Shown in pieces: positions 20,994 through 31,474 of a stretch of 64,000 nt of DNA. The notes under the pieces are model-generated. The model ran no database searches, was not told the origin of the DNA, and saw only the letters and a list, made by a program, of their open reading frames with translations. The stretch is from Bacteriovoracaceae bacterium. GTDB lineage: Bacteria > Bdellovibrionota > Bacteriovoracia > Bacteriovoracales > Bacteriovoracaceae. Each line of letters opens with the position of its first letter. Within the stretch, counting starts at the first letter, position 1. The stretch is taken from positions 1 to 64,000 of the forward strand of contig JABIHA010000094.1 of NCBI GenBank assembly GCA_018649885.1, in the 5' to 3' direction. The position numbers and the translations under genes were made by a program.

Positions 20994-21833
20994 TTGAAAA
21001 ATATTTGGGTCCCACTCTCTGCTGCTATTTCCCAACAAAGGAATGTCGACACAATCGCCAACAATGTCGCCAATGCAAACACGCCAGGATTTAAAAAGGA
21101 TCAACTTGTTTTCAAAGAATATCTAACGACCCTTGATAAGGGTCACTATGAAATTGACCAACCACATCGTGAGTGGAAGCCGGGTGATTTCTATAGGTCA
21201 TATGGAGCTGAAAACTCGTATGTTCAGGTAGACGGTAGCTTTACGAATTTTAAACAAGGTCAGCTCACTCCTACTAGAAATCCATTTGATATAGCTGTCC
21301 AAGGAAAAGGGTTTTTTGAAATCCTCACTCCAAACGGTATTAGATATTCCCGAAAAGGAAGTTTTAGTCTATCTAGAGAAGGAGAGCTGGTAACAGACCA
21401 GGGATACAAAGTTTTGGGAAAATTAAATCCCAAGCAACTCGAAGAAAAGGTAGACCCCGGCAAACCACCAATATCGCCAGCAGATCGTGTAATAAAATTC
21501 GAAACTTCAGGAAGGCCAACTGTAAACCTACAAGGTGAGGTTTATGTTAGGGGCCAAAAAATTGCAGACCTTTCAGTTGTAGAGTTTAAAGATCCACATG
21601 CGCTCTATAAAGAGGGCAACTCAATGTATATAAATAAGGGCAATGAAAATATATCTACTAGGCCCAATCAATCAGCGATCTACCAAGGATTTGTGGAAGA
21701 ATCAAATGTAAATGCAGTAGCAGAAATGTCAAATCTCATAAAGGCCCATAGACATTTTGAATCAATTCAAAAAGCAATAAAAACTTACGATACAATTTCA
21801 GGTCGTGGTGTAAATGATATAGCAAAGTTTTAA
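20994..21833 (+). CDS. flgF: Flagellar basal-body rod protein FlgF
   Basis: ANNVANANTPGFK, ESNVNAV; TTG start after GGAGG. Confidence 0.9.
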   Translation: MKNIWVPLSAAISQQRNVDTIANNVANANTPGFKKDQLVFKEYLTTLDKGHYEIDQPHREWKPGDFYRSYGAENSYVQVDGSFTNFKQGQLTPTRNPFDIAVQGKGFFEILTPNGIRYSRKGSFSLSREGELVTDQGYKVLGKLNPKQLEEKVDPGKPPISPADRVIKFETSGRPTVNLQGEVYVRGQKIADLSVVEFKDPHALYKEGNSMYINKGNENISTRPNQSAIYQGFVEESNVNAVAEMSNLIKAHRHFESIQKAIKTYDTISGRGVNDIAKF

Positions 21834-21858
21834 ATGATGTTTCCAGGAGGGAAGCAAG

Positions 21859-22644
21859 ATGAGAGCTCTTAATACAGCAGCAACAGGAATGGCAGCTCAA
21901 GAAGCAAATGTCAGCACAATTTCCAACAATATTGCCAACGTCAATACTACTGGCTTTAAAAAAGCTAGAACTGAGTTTGAAGATCTTCTCTACCAAACAA
22001 TTCAAGAATCAGGATCGAGATCATCTGCTAATACGCAATACAACGTAGGTACACAACTTGGAGCTGGAGCAAAAGTTTCTGCTACTAGAAAAGTTTTTGA
22101 GCAAGGCAGTCCACAAATTACCAAAAATCCATTTGATGTAATGGTAAGTGGTGGAGAGGGACTCTTTGGAATTATTACTCCTAACAATCAAGTTCGCTAT
22201 ACAAGAGATGGTGCATTTAATGTAGACGCAGCTGGAAACTTGGTTACAAAAACGGGATTTAGGGTTTTCCCTGGAATCACCATGCCCCCAGGAACCGTCA
22301 GCGTAAATATTACACCAGAAGGAAAAGTTGATACCTATCAAAAAGATAGTGTCGAGCCTAACAATATCGGGAGCATCCCTCTATTCACTTTTGTAAATCC
22401 TGTAGGACTTAGGTCTGAGGGCGGGAATATGTATCGTGCCACAACTGCCAGTGGAGCACCTATTCAAACGGTTGCTGGTGAGAGTAACTCTGGGAGTATT
22501 CAACAGGGAATGCTTGAATCATCTAATGTAAGCATAATGAATGAAATGACAAGTATGATAAAGGCTCAAAGAGCTTATGAAATGAACTCAAAAGTTATGG
22601 GTGTAGCAGACCAAATGTTACAAACCGCAAATAATGTAAGGTAA
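21859..22644 (+). CDS. flgG: Flagellar distal rod protein FlgG
   Basis: NNIANVNTTGFK, FEDLLYQ, QRAYEMNSK. Confidence 0.96.
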   Translation: MRALNTAATGMAAQEANVSTISNNIANVNTTGFKKARTEFEDLLYQTIQESGSRSSANTQYNVGTQLGAGAKVSATRKVFEQGSPQITKNPFDVMVSGGEGLFGIITPNNQVRYTRDGAFNVDAAGNLVTKTGFRVFPGITMPPGTVSVNITPEGKVDTYQKDSVEPNNIGSIPLFTFVNPVGLRSEGGNMYRATTASGAPIQTVAGESNSGSIQQGMLESSNVSIMNEMTSMIKAQRAYEMNSKVMGVADQMLQTANNVR

Positions 22645-22649
22645 GCTAG

Positions 22650-23549
22650 ATGGTAAAAAATATTCTACTCATAAGTATTTTGGTTTTAATCTCTCATGCA
22701 CTTGGAGCAAGTCAGTGCCAAATTAAAGCTCATGATAATTATGGAATTATTGGTGATGGCCTTAAAAAGGCTAAGTTATCTAGTCTAGTAAAATTCAGTA
22801 ACTGCGACAAATCCATTCTTGAGCGCTTCCGGTCAATTCTAGTTAATGTAAGGGGCAAAATAAATGCTCAGCAAGTAAGCGATAATTTTATTGGTCATGA
22901 AGAGCTTACATTAACTCCTGATAATATAAATGTTTACCAGGCTGAAGACCTAATATCTAAGAAACTAAAATTGAGAGCAGATCAAAAATTATTTGATCTA
23001 AAGTTGATAGCTGCTAACAAAGTATTATTCTGGAGCAATAGCGATTCTGTTACATTATATTGCAATGATTGTCAGGGCCCTGGAAACAGATATTTAACAA
23101 TCTCATTTCGCAATCCCATTACCCTAGTTAAAATTCGCTATAACCTAGAAGCAACTCTTAAGGTGAAAATCAAGGTTCTCAAAGCAACCAATACTATTTC
23201 CATCCTCTCTCGAGATGAATTTAGACACAATATGAAGGAATCATTCATCTATACTGATACTCCTTCAAACTATTTTTTTGACGTAGATAAATTGTCATTT
23301 TACAGACTTAATAAAAATTTCCCTCAAGGTAAAGCACTTGAAACAGTAGACCTTGCAGCAAAATATCTTGTCAAAATTGGAAGCTCTACTGGAGTCACCT
23401 TTAATAGTGGAACTCTAAAGTTGACTACAAAGGCAATTGCTAAGAAAGCCGGGAAATTTGGAGAAGTCATAGATTTATATAATCCAACAACTAAAAAAAA
23501 TATAGTCGGAAAAGTTATAGGTTTTAACAAGGTTGCAGTTGAGCTATGA
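22650..23549 (+). CDS. flgA: P-ring assembly chaperone FlgA
   Basis: Signal peptide, FlgA-like C-terminus, position between flgG and flgH. Confidence 0.8.
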   Translation: MVKNILLISILVLISHALGASQCQIKAHDNYGIIGDGLKKAKLSSLVKFSNCDKSILERFRSILVNVRGKINAQQVSDNFIGHEELTLTPDNINVYQAEDLISKKLKLRADQKLFDLKLIAANKVLFWSNSDSVTLYCNDCQGPGNRYLTISFRNPITLVKIRYNLEATLKVKIKVLKATNTISILSRDEFRHNMKESFIYTDTPSNYFFDVDKLSFYRLNKNFPQGKALETVDLAAKYLVKIGSSTGVTFNSGTLKLTTKAIAKKAGKFGEVIDLYNPTTKKNIVGKVIGFNKVAVEL

Positions 23550-24364
23550 AAATGAAATCACTACGTCTTTTAATTATTTTATTTAGTATTAATTTTACCT
23601 TCACCTCTTGCGGTGTTGTAGATGGTTATCACAATAAATTTGATAAAGAAAAAAGACAGCAATATGATCAGCAAAGTGGCCGCTATAAATATAATAAAGA
23701 TCGATTTGAACAATTTCGGCAAAAGGGCAATGGTTTTGCTGGTAATAATATGAGGTCGCTGCAAAATAATGCAAATGCCAAAATCAATAGTGTCTCATCT
23801 GCCAATGTCGGAAATTTCAAACCTGGAGTTCAAAGACTATACAACAAACAAAAGAAACCTCGTCTTAAAGCACAAGATCTTTACGACAATGGAAATACTG
23901 CAAGTCTGTGGGGAACACAAGACCTAGACTCGTTCTTATTTACAAAAACAAATTATAAAAAGCTTGGGGATATAATTGTTATAAAAGTTGTAAAAGGTCT
24001 TAAAGACGAAATTGGCCTAGAACTAAATCGAAGATTTCCAGCCATGAAAAAAGAAGAAGAAGAGGATGAGGCAAAAGACGGTAAAGACGCCGATGGAAAA
24101 AAAGATGAAAAGAAGACTGCGGAGAAAAAAGATGCTCCAGCTCCAGCTGCAGATCCCAAGAAGATCTATGACAAGATCTCTGGTCTTGTCGTTGAAGAAA
24201 TTAATAAGGGCCATATCCTTATAAGAGGAAGAAAAGATGTTCTTTATAGAAATAGAAAGCGTCTAATTGAGATACAGGCACTCGTTAATCGTAAAGATGT
24301 CACAGATGACGACAGTGTCACATCAAATAAAATACTTGAATCAACCGTAACTATAATTAGGTAA
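23546..24364 (+). CDS. flgH: Flagellar L-ring protein FlgH (divergent)
   Basis: Lipobox-like TSC, SLW, GDIIVI, IRGRK, D..V.S.KI. Confidence 0.8.
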   Translation: MKMKSLRLLIILFSINFTFTSCGVVDGYHNKFDKEKRQQYDQQSGRYKYNKDRFEQFRQKGNGFAGNNMRSLQNNANAKINSVSSANVGNFKPGVQRLYNKQKKPRLKAQDLYDNGNTASLWGTQDLDSFLFTKTNYKKLGDIIVIKVVKGLKDEIGLELNRRFPAMKKEEEEDEAKDGKDADGKKDEKKTAEKKDAPAPAADPKKIYDKISGLVVEEINKGHILIRGRKDVLYRNRKRLIEIQALVNRKDVTDDDSVTSNKILESTVTIIR

Positions 24365-24367
24365 GAT

Positions 24368-25381
24368 ATGAAACCTACAAAAATTGCAATTTTAATACTA
24401 CTCACTTTGGCTGGAAACCTTTACGGTGCTAAAACACGTCTTAAAGATATACTCACTGTTAAAGGTGTAAGGGAAAATCCTCTTATAGGATATGGACTTG
24501 TTATAGGTCTTAATGGAACTGGTGATGGAGGTGGAGAGATTACGACTTCCTCACTTCTTAGAATGTTTAATAAATTAGGCTTGAATCCTCAGCAGGAAAT
24601 TAGCTCAAAAAATGTCGCTGCAGTTATTGTCACAGCTAAGCTCCCCCCATTCTCCAGAATAGGTCAAAAAATTGATATCAGCGTTTCATCTATTGGAGAT
24701 GCCGGCTCTCTTGCTGGTGGAGTTTTACTTGTGACTCCTCTCAAATCAGGTGATGAAAAAATATATGCAGTTGCTTCTGGAAATATTTCCATTGGTGGCC
24801 TTGAACAAGGGGCACATTTTGCCACCACAGCAAGAATTCCAAATGGTGCTGTTGTGGAAGAAGAGCTAGAGCTTAACTTTTCTGATAAAAAAAGCTTGAG
24901 GCTAAACCTCAAGATATCCGATTTCACTACTGCTGCTCGAGTTGAAAGAGTAATAAATGAGGAGTTGGGTGGAAAATTTGCAATTGCTAGAGATGCCACA
25001 ACTATTGACCTAATTGTCCCTACTCACTACCAAAAAAAGGTAGTTCCATTGATGGCGATTATCGAAAATTTCACAGTCAACACAGATACTGTTGCCAAAA
25101 TAGTAATTAATGAAAGAACTGGCACAGTTGTCGCCGGTGGTGATGTTAGGCTTAAGCCTGTGGCCATCAGTCATAACGAATTGACTATTCAAATCAAGGG
25201 TGGAGATGGTGGTGAGGAAGGCGCAAAACCGAGTTCACTGTATATGCTTGACAAGGGTACTACACTAAATGACCTCGTTTCGGCCCTCAATGCCTTGGGT
25301 GTAAAGCCTGAGGATTTAATTTCAATATTCCAAGCACTCAAAGTAAATGGATCCCTTATCGGAGAGCTCGAGTTTATGTAA
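24368..25381 (+). CDS. flgI: Flagellar P-ring protein FlgI
   Basis: GYGLVIGLNGTGD, SSIGDA.SL.GG, NERTGTVV. Confidence 0.97.
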   Translation: MKPTKIAILILLTLAGNLYGAKTRLKDILTVKGVRENPLIGYGLVIGLNGTGDGGGEITTSSLLRMFNKLGLNPQQEISSKNVAAVIVTAKLPPFSRIGQKIDISVSSIGDAGSLAGGVLLVTPLKSGDEKIYAVASGNISIGGLEQGAHFATTARIPNGAVVEEELELNFSDKKSLRLNLKISDFTTAARVERVINEELGGKFAIARDATTIDLIVPTHYQKKVVPLMAIIENFTVNTDTVAKIVINERTGTVVAGGDVRLKPVAISHNELTIQIKGGDGGEEGAKPSSLYMLDKGTTLNDLVSALNALGVKPEDLISIFQALKVNGSLIGELEFM

Positions 25382-25495
25382 AAAATCCCTCTAGAAGGGC
25401 TTTTCGCTGGATCTTTGTTAACAAAGGGTGTTAAAATCAAAGTGAAGTTAGTTAGTCAGGAGGACAACTAATAATAGTAAGCCAGGAAGGTTAAT

Positions 25496-25963
25496 TTGAT
25501 TTCTAAAACAACTCCACCAGGAATTTCCTTAGAAAAAAAGAATAAGCCTACGCCTATTAAAAATAGTCATCCTCGTGATGACACAAGATTTATTCCTGAG
25601 CCCTTTAAAAAAGTGGCGCGGGGTATGGAAGAACAGTTTATAAACTATATGTTGGGACAAATGAATAAATCTGTTGATAAGGCCAAAGATGCAAGTAGTG
25701 CAATGGACTACTATAATTCATTACAAGATAATGAAAGATCAAAAATTTTGGCAAATAAAGACGGTGGTCTCGGACTCCAAAAAGTTATTTTGAATCAAAT
25801 GTATCCAAAGCATCTAAGAAATGAGGCTCAATTCAATGCCCAAATGAATATGTTGAAAGGTAAAAGACCTCCAGCACAGCAAAATGGTGCCATCCAAAAA
25901 TATCGGGACAATGGCCCACAACCGCAAAATGGAATCACTCTAAAAGGAGCAAACCATGAGTAA
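25496..25963 (+). CDS. flgJ: FlgJ rod-binding-domain protein (no muramidase domain)
   Basis: A..ME..F...ML..M and GGLGL; position after flgI. Confidence 0.8.
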   Translation: MISKTTPPGISLEKKNKPTPIKNSHPRDDTRFIPEPFKKVARGMEEQFINYMLGQMNKSVDKAKDASSAMDYYNSLQDNERSKILANKDGGLGLQKVILNQMYPKHLRNEAQFNAQMNMLKGKRPPAQQNGAIQKYRDNGPQPQNGITLKGANHE

Positions 25964-26285
25964 AATCGATCCAAATATTAATCGATCCTCGTTTTTCCCA
26001 AAAGGTAAAAACAATGGTGTTAACAAAGCTAATGGCCCCAGCAAGATTCCACGCAATGGGGTTCAAAGGGCCAAAGAACTAGCTGGTATAACTTCTAAAG
26101 ATGCAAAGGTTGATATTCCAGAGGCCATAAAAGATTTTGCAAAAATAAAGAAGGTTGTGGATAAAGTACCCACCAAGGATAACACTGCCAAAATTGCTAA
26201 ATTGAAAGCTCAGATTAGCCAGGGCACTTATTCAATTAATTATGACAAATTAGCAGATAAAATGCTTGATCAAGAATATATTTAA
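25956..26285 (+). CDS. flgM: Anti-sigma28 factor FlgM
   Basis: KIAKLKAQISQGTYSINYDKLADKM. Confidence 0.9.
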   Translation: MSKIDPNINRSSFFPKGKNNGVNKANGPSKIPRNGVQRAKELAGITSKDAKVDIPEAIKDFAKIKKVVDKVPTKDNTAKIAKLKAQISQGTYSINYDKLADKMLDQEYI

Positions 26286-26296
26286 AGGAGTTTTTT

Positions 26297-26800
26297 ATGT
26301 TGCCACCAAGTGAACAGTTGCAACTTCATTATTATCAATCAATAGATATTTGGAAGCGCTTTTGTGAGCATCACAACGAGCTATACACTTATACATGCGA
26401 TGAATATGAAGCCCTCTTAGCTAGCAATTTAAATGAGCTAGATATCATCCTTGCAAAAAAAGAAGAAGTGATTGACAAAATTACTTGCTTAGAACAAATG
26501 AGGTCTGAGCTAATTGACGATATCAATACAAACCTTTCTGATGGAAATAAGCTAGAGAGTGTTTCAGGATTAATTCAATTCATGGAATATTATGAAAATG
26601 GTGAGAAACAACATCTTCTTAGCAAATCTAATACCCTTCTAATTGAAATTATTGAAAGTATAAAAGATCAAAATAAAAAGAATCAACTCTTTATAAATAA
26701 AGCAATCATTTCACTTCGAGATCTAACAGAATCAAGTTCAGAGGGAAAAAATTACAAGCAATATGATTCGCAAGGTGGAGTATCAAAGGGTGTCCGCTAA
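26297..26800 (+). CDS. flgN: Flagellar export chaperone FlgN
   Basis: Helical, N.KN..FI motif, between flgM and flgK. Confidence 0.8.
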   Translation: MLPPSEQLQLHYYQSIDIWKRFCEHHNELYTYTCDEYEALLASNLNELDIILAKKEEVIDKITCLEQMRSELIDDINTNLSDGNKLESVSGLIQFMEYYENGEKQHLLSKSNTLLIEIIESIKDQNKKNQLFINKAIISLRDLTESSSEGKNYKQYDSQGGVSKGVR

Positions 26801-26813
26801 AAGGATTTAAGTT

Positions 26814-28280
26814 TTGGGCGTTGACCTATTACAGATAGGAAAGTCAGGCTTAATGGCCTCGAAAAAGTCGTTATCAACGACAGGGCATAATATTGCCAAC
26901 GCCAACACCGAAGGATATTCAAGACAAAGAGTAAATCTACAAACAAATATGCCCATTGGTAGCGGTAACGTGACCATGGGAACAGGTGTTAAGGTTAACT
27001 CTATTAAGAGAATATCAGATGAGTATATTGAAAAAAATGTTAATCAATCAGCCAATACCCATGCCTATTTCAAAGAAAAATCAGGACTTCTCAATCAAGT
27101 TGAAGAGATTTTCAATGAAATAAATAGTGACGGTCTGAACAAAATAATGAACAGATTTTTTAACTCTTTTAGAGAACTTGCAAATCAGCCAGAGAATGAG
27201 ACAGTTCGCTCGGTTGTTAGAGAAAATGCTCGCCTTGTTGTAAAAGATTTTGCAAGAATTTCTGAACACCTTGGAAATGTAACGTCGAGTATGGACAGAA
27301 AGCTTGAGGGCATGGTCATTGATGTTAATCAAATTCTTCATACAATTTCTGATCTCAATATGGAAATTAGACAGCTAGAAAACTCTCATGGGGAAACAGG
27401 CGATTTGAGAGACCAAAGAGATGTGGCCGTTCAAGAACTCTCAAAACTATTGAAAGTGAATACTTATGTTGATGAAAAAGGAAGTTATGTTGTAAATGCT
27501 GCTGGTGTAGGTACCCTCGTTTCAGGAAAACAACTTCAAGAGTTCGCCCCTGGTAATATTGACCATGAAGAAGGCGCCACCAATCACTATGGAATGAGAG
27601 AAATCTATTACAAAAGCAAAAGCTCACGCCCAATCAGTAGCTATATTGAAAAAGGTACAATTGCAGCAGTACTTGAAACTAGAAACAATGAAATGAAGGC
27701 CTTACAAGACCAAATTGATAATGTGGCCTATGAGCTTGCTAACACAGTTAATGCAATCCATAGGAGAGGATACGGAAATTATAGATTACCTGAAGATGAA
27801 AATGGTAATATATACAACCCTGAAGCACACCAAGTCGCAGGCATTAACTTCTTCGCTACCCCTGAAAAGGTTCGTGGAGCAGCTGAAGCCCTAAGCCTAT
27901 CTGATGCGGTAAAGTCTGATCTAAGAAATATTGTTACAGCAATTGAACCAAATAAACCTGGGGATAACAGAATTTCCCTCGCTATATCAAAACTTCAGCA
28001 TGAAAAATTATTTTTAGAAGGATCGACAACAATGGAAGAGTATTACCTACAAAGTGTTGGTAATATCGGACTTTCAACAGCTAAGTCGAACCTCGATCAA
28101 GAGCAAGCAAAGGGAATACTAGCTCAAGCCAGGTCCATTAGAGAAAGACTTTCTGGCGTATCAATCGATGAAGAATCCGCAAATATGGTGAAATTCCAGC
28201 AAGCTTATGACGCATCTGCGAGGGTCATTACAGCATCGGATTCGATGTTTAAATCAGTTTTAGAAATGTGGAGGCCATAA
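26814..28280 (+). CDS. flgK: Hook-associated protein FlgK
   Basis: GHNIANANTEGYSRQ, SGVSIDEE, FQQAYDASA. Confidence 0.96.
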   Translation: MGVDLLQIGKSGLMASKKSLSTTGHNIANANTEGYSRQRVNLQTNMPIGSGNVTMGTGVKVNSIKRISDEYIEKNVNQSANTHAYFKEKSGLLNQVEEIFNEINSDGLNKIMNRFFNSFRELANQPENETVRSVVRENARLVVKDFARISEHLGNVTSSMDRKLEGMVIDVNQILHTISDLNMEIRQLENSHGETGDLRDQRDVAVQELSKLLKVNTYVDEKGSYVVNAAGVGTLVSGKQLQEFAPGNIDHEEGATNHYGMREIYYKSKSSRPISSYIEKGTIAAVLETRNNEMKALQDQIDNVAYELANTVNAIHRRGYGNYRLPEDENGNIYNPEAHQVAGINFFATPEKVRGAAEALSLSDAVKSDLRNIVTAIEPNKPGDNRISLAISKLQHEKLFLEGSTTMEEYYLQSVGNIGLSTAKSNLDQEQAKGILAQARSIRERLSGVSIDEESANMVKFQQAYDASARVITASDSMFKSVLEMWRP

Positions 28281-28290
28281 CAGGTAGCAT

Positions 28291-29322
28291 ATGAGTAGAG
28301 TTTCAGAAATGAGCGCCAAACACGCTATCAATTTTTCCATGAGTAAAGCTAAGAGCAAATTAGAAGATTTGCAGATAAAGGGTACCAATTTAAAAAGAAT
28401 GACCAAACCCTCAGATGACCCCATTGGGAATATTGACCTGTTAGCGATCAGATCAAGGATGGTAGATTCTGAACAATTTAGTAGAAATGCAACCTTTGCT
28501 AGTGCACAACTCAATATAACTGAACAAGCCCTTTCAGAAGTTTCTGACATCTTAATGAAGACTAAGGAGCTTGCAATCAGCCAATCGTCAGATTTTTATA
28601 ATAGCAATATAAGAAAATCTGTCGCCAATGAAGTCAAGCAACTTAGAGCGCAGGTTCTTGCCATTTCTAACCGTAGATTGGGCTCCAGATACTTATTTTC
28701 TGGACAAAAAACCCTGACACCAGCCTTCAAAAATAGCGGGAAATACCAAGGGGACGAAGATCAAATTTTTATCGAAGTAGGCAAAGATTTTTTCATACCT
28801 ATTAACTTGAATGGAATTGAAGTTTTCTTTGAAAAACCAAATACATCTCTTCCTCAAAGAAATCCCTTAGAAGGACTTCCTCAAACTAAAGATGAGATTG
28901 ATCTAGCGAGAACTGAAAATTTAGACCCCACTCAAGACATTAAACGGGCCCCTGCCGTTCAGTCTGTTAATAAGGGAGCTGCTGTTGCTAGATCTATATT
29001 TGATATCCTAGACGGTCTAGAAACTGCTCTAAAGAGTAATAACCCAGATGTTATTCAAGATCTTCTTCCTGAAATTGATTCAGCTACAGATAGAGTCATT
29101 TCATTTCGAACTAGAGTTGGATCACTCATTAATTCAATTGAACGCTCTGAGGTTGCGACTGAAGAAGGGAATGTTCGAAATGCCGAGTTAAAAAGTCAGG
29201 TAGAAGACGCCGATGTAGCGGAGCTTTTTTCCGACATCGCCAGGCAGCAGGCAGTGCTGAAAGCCACATATAGAACGGGAAGTGAGCTTATCAATAAAAC
29301 ACTTTTAGATTTTCTAAGATAA
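28291..29322 (+). CDS. flgL: Hook-associated protein FlgL
   Basis: KPSDDP, RYLFSG, TLLDFLR. Confidence 0.95.
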   Translation: MSRVSEMSAKHAINFSMSKAKSKLEDLQIKGTNLKRMTKPSDDPIGNIDLLAIRSRMVDSEQFSRNATFASAQLNITEQALSEVSDILMKTKELAISQSSDFYNSNIRKSVANEVKQLRAQVLAISNRRLGSRYLFSGQKTLTPAFKNSGKYQGDEDQIFIEVGKDFFIPINLNGIEVFFEKPNTSLPQRNPLEGLPQTKDEIDLARTENLDPTQDIKRAPAVQSVNKGAAVARSIFDILDGLETALKSNNPDVIQDLLPEIDSATDRVISFRTRVGSLINSIERSEVATEEGNVRNAELKSQVEDADVAELFSDIARQQAVLKATYRTGSELINKTLLDFLR

Positions 29323-29334
29323 TATTTTTTTAAC

Positions 29335-29361
29335 TAAAACTTATTTCACGACAGCCGATAA
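29335..29361 (+). promoter_or_regulatory. Sigma28 (FliA) promoter upstream of csrA
   Basis: TAAA-15nt-GCCGATAA, exact consensus. Confidence 0.85.
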
Positions 29362-29482
29362 ATCACTTAAGAAAAATGTAACACGCGCTTTTTACTTGCC
29401 ATTTCCGCTAGTAAATAATATATGAGTGCGTTACTGGCTATTACAGCACAGGGAAGTTACATTTTATAGTTGAGGATTAACT

Positions 29483-29713
29483 ATGCTCGTCCTGACGAGA
29501 AAATTAGGTGAAAGTATTGCAATTGATGACCACATCAAAATAGTTGTGGTTCAGATTAAGGGCAAACAAGTTCGGTTGGGTATCAAAGCCCCCAAAGAGA
29601 CCAAGATCCATCGAGAGGAGGTCTACCGTGCAATACAAGATCAAAACACTGAGGCATCTCAGGCTAGTCTTGATGATATTTCAAACCTCTCAAGAGAACT
29701 CCATAAAAAATAA
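29483..29713 (+). CDS. csrA: Carbon storage regulator CsrA
   Basis: MLVLTRK.GESI.I, VRLGI.AP, IHREEVY. Confidence 0.98.
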   Translation: MLVLTRKLGESIAIDDHIKIVVVQIKGKQVRLGIKAPKETKIHREEVYRAIQDQNTEASQASLDDISNLSRELHKK

Positions 29714-30056
29714 TTGCTGCCTATCAGCGATCCAGTAATCTTAAACATGCTTGTGAGTCCTTCTCTATAGCATCTTAGGTGCATCGCAAGAAATATCACA
29801 AAAGAGCTAACTCCCCGATTAAAAACCCCTCTGAAACAATATCACCCTTTCTAGGACCCCTCTTGTGACCCAAGCACGTTAAAATCCAGGAAAATTCAAT
29901 CCCTGGTCACAGCGACAAAAACCAGCCACACCAGGGGCAAATTCACCTCTAAAAGTCCGAAATAAATTCCTACTTGCCCTTTCCTACTAGCTATTGCTAA
30001 CATCGATGGATAGGGGACGCGAGTCACCATGACTAATCAGGTTGGAGGAAAAATCT

Positions 30057-30635
30057 GTGAAAATTAAAACTTCTAGGTTCGGTGAACTTCAAGTTGAAAA
30101 AACCGATATCATTAATTTCCAGGAAGGGATCCTAGGATTTGAACACCTCAAAAAGTTCTTTATTGTAGATCCAGGTGACAGCACATTAATCTTATGGCTT
30201 CAAAGTATCGAGGATGAAAAAGTTGCATTCCCAATGATTGAGCCGAAAATTTTTATGCCAAACTACTCTATTTCATTGCTTCCAATGGAGCTGCAAAGCC
30301 TCGATATGGAAGGCGTGACAGATGCAAAGGTTTACAGCATCCTCACGATTCCCAAGGAAGTAACTCAAATGTCGGCCAACTTGAAGGCTCCAGTTATTAT
30401 AAATCCAATGAAAAGAATCGGAAGGCAGATTGTCCTTCAAGATAGCAAACTTTCAGTGAAATGTGAGATGTACAGAGATCTTAAACAGTATATCGTTAAC
30501 TTTTCATCAGATGATTCTAAAAGAACTACAGTCAATGAGCCAGGGTCTGCAATGGGTGGATCAGAAGCTGAGTCAGCTCCAAGCACTGGAGAACCAGCGA
30601 CAAAGCCTCAGGGGCCAACAGTAGAAGTAAATTAA
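30057..30635 (+). CDS. fliW: Flagellar assembly factor FliW
   Basis: TSRFGE, GILGFE, WLQS, ANLKAPVIIN; GTG start after GGAGG. Confidence 0.95.
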   Translation: MKIKTSRFGELQVEKTDIINFQEGILGFEHLKKFFIVDPGDSTLILWLQSIEDEKVAFPMIEPKIFMPNYSISLLPMELQSLDMEGVTDAKVYSILTIPKEVTQMSANLKAPVIINPMKRIGRQIVLQDSKLSVKCEMYRDLKQYIVNFSSDDSKRTTVNEPGSAMGGSEAESAPSTGEPATKPQGPTVEVN

Positions 30636-30661
30636 GTTATTTTAAAAATCATGAGTAAATA

Positions 30662-30691
30662 GCCCTTCCTTTATAAGAAGGGTTTTTTTTT
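30662..30691 (+). terminator. Intrinsic terminator after fliW
   Basis: GCCCTTC..GAAGGGT followed by T-run. Confidence 0.75.
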
Positions 30692-30709
30692 GCAAGTTAG
30701 AGTGAAACT

Positions 30710-31450
30710 CTAATTAAAAACGGTGAGATTGGTCTCTGTGGCTGATTTTGAAAGATTTAAGTACATCTTAGCATCGTCATTTTTGGGATCTTTGGCCAAA
30801 ACCATTTGCCACTGAGTTTGTGCCTCTAAGATATTACCCTGGCCATAATAAATAACCCCTAATGAGATTCTTGCAGGTGCAAAAGCTGGGTATTCATTTT
30901 TCAATTTCTTTAACTCTTCGATGGCCTTGGAAGTAAACCCTTTCTTCGAGTAGGCCTTGGCGATTCTAATTCTGGCCTCAAGGTCATCTGGGTTTAAACC
31001 AATTGCCTTCTTATATTCAAACACCGCTTCATCAAATCTATTGTAACTACTGTACAAGTCAGCAAGCTCAAGGTGCTTATGTGAAAATTTTTTATTAACG
31101 TGAGGATCACTAAAAACCTGAGCTCCCGCCTTCTTTTTTACCTTCTCGTTAGCAGACTCAAAAACGGCTTGGCCTCTTTCATACTTGCCAATATCATTAT
31201 AGAGAACTGAGAGAGAGATAGATGCATCAGTGTTGTTAGGATCGAGTTCAAGAACCTTAGTGAAGGCCTTAATCGCTTTTCCAATTTTACCTTGAATATG
31301 AAATATATTTGCTAAGAAAAAAAATGCTTCGGAGTTCCTAGAATTTATTTCAATGACTTCACTGAAAAGTGATAATGACTTCTTATACTCTCTTCGATCA
31401 AAACAATTCTTTGCCTTGTTAAAAATTTCTAATTCTCTTTCATTATCCAT
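30710..31450 (-). CDS. Tetratricopeptide repeat protein
   Basis: Multiple TPR units (A...F...L.LDP). Confidence 0.9.
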   Translation of the reverse strand: MDNERELEIFNKAKNCFDRREYKKSLSLFSEVIEINSRNSEAFFFLANIFHIQGKIGKAIKAFTKVLELDPNNTDASISLSVLYNDIGKYERGQAVFESANEKVKKKAGAQVFSDPHVNKKFSHKHLELADLYSSYNRFDEAVFEYKKAIGLNPDDLEARIRIAKAYSKKGFTSKAIEELKKLKNEYPAFAPARISLGVIYYGQGNILEAQTQWQMVLAKDPKNDDAKMYLNLSKSATETNLTVFN

Positions 31451-31474
31451 GTGATCCTCTCCATAATACTATTC

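Noticed and set aside
29483..30635. csrA-before-fliW order and muramidase-less FlgJ as anomalies
   Set aside because: Both are known arrangements in non-enteric flagellar clusters
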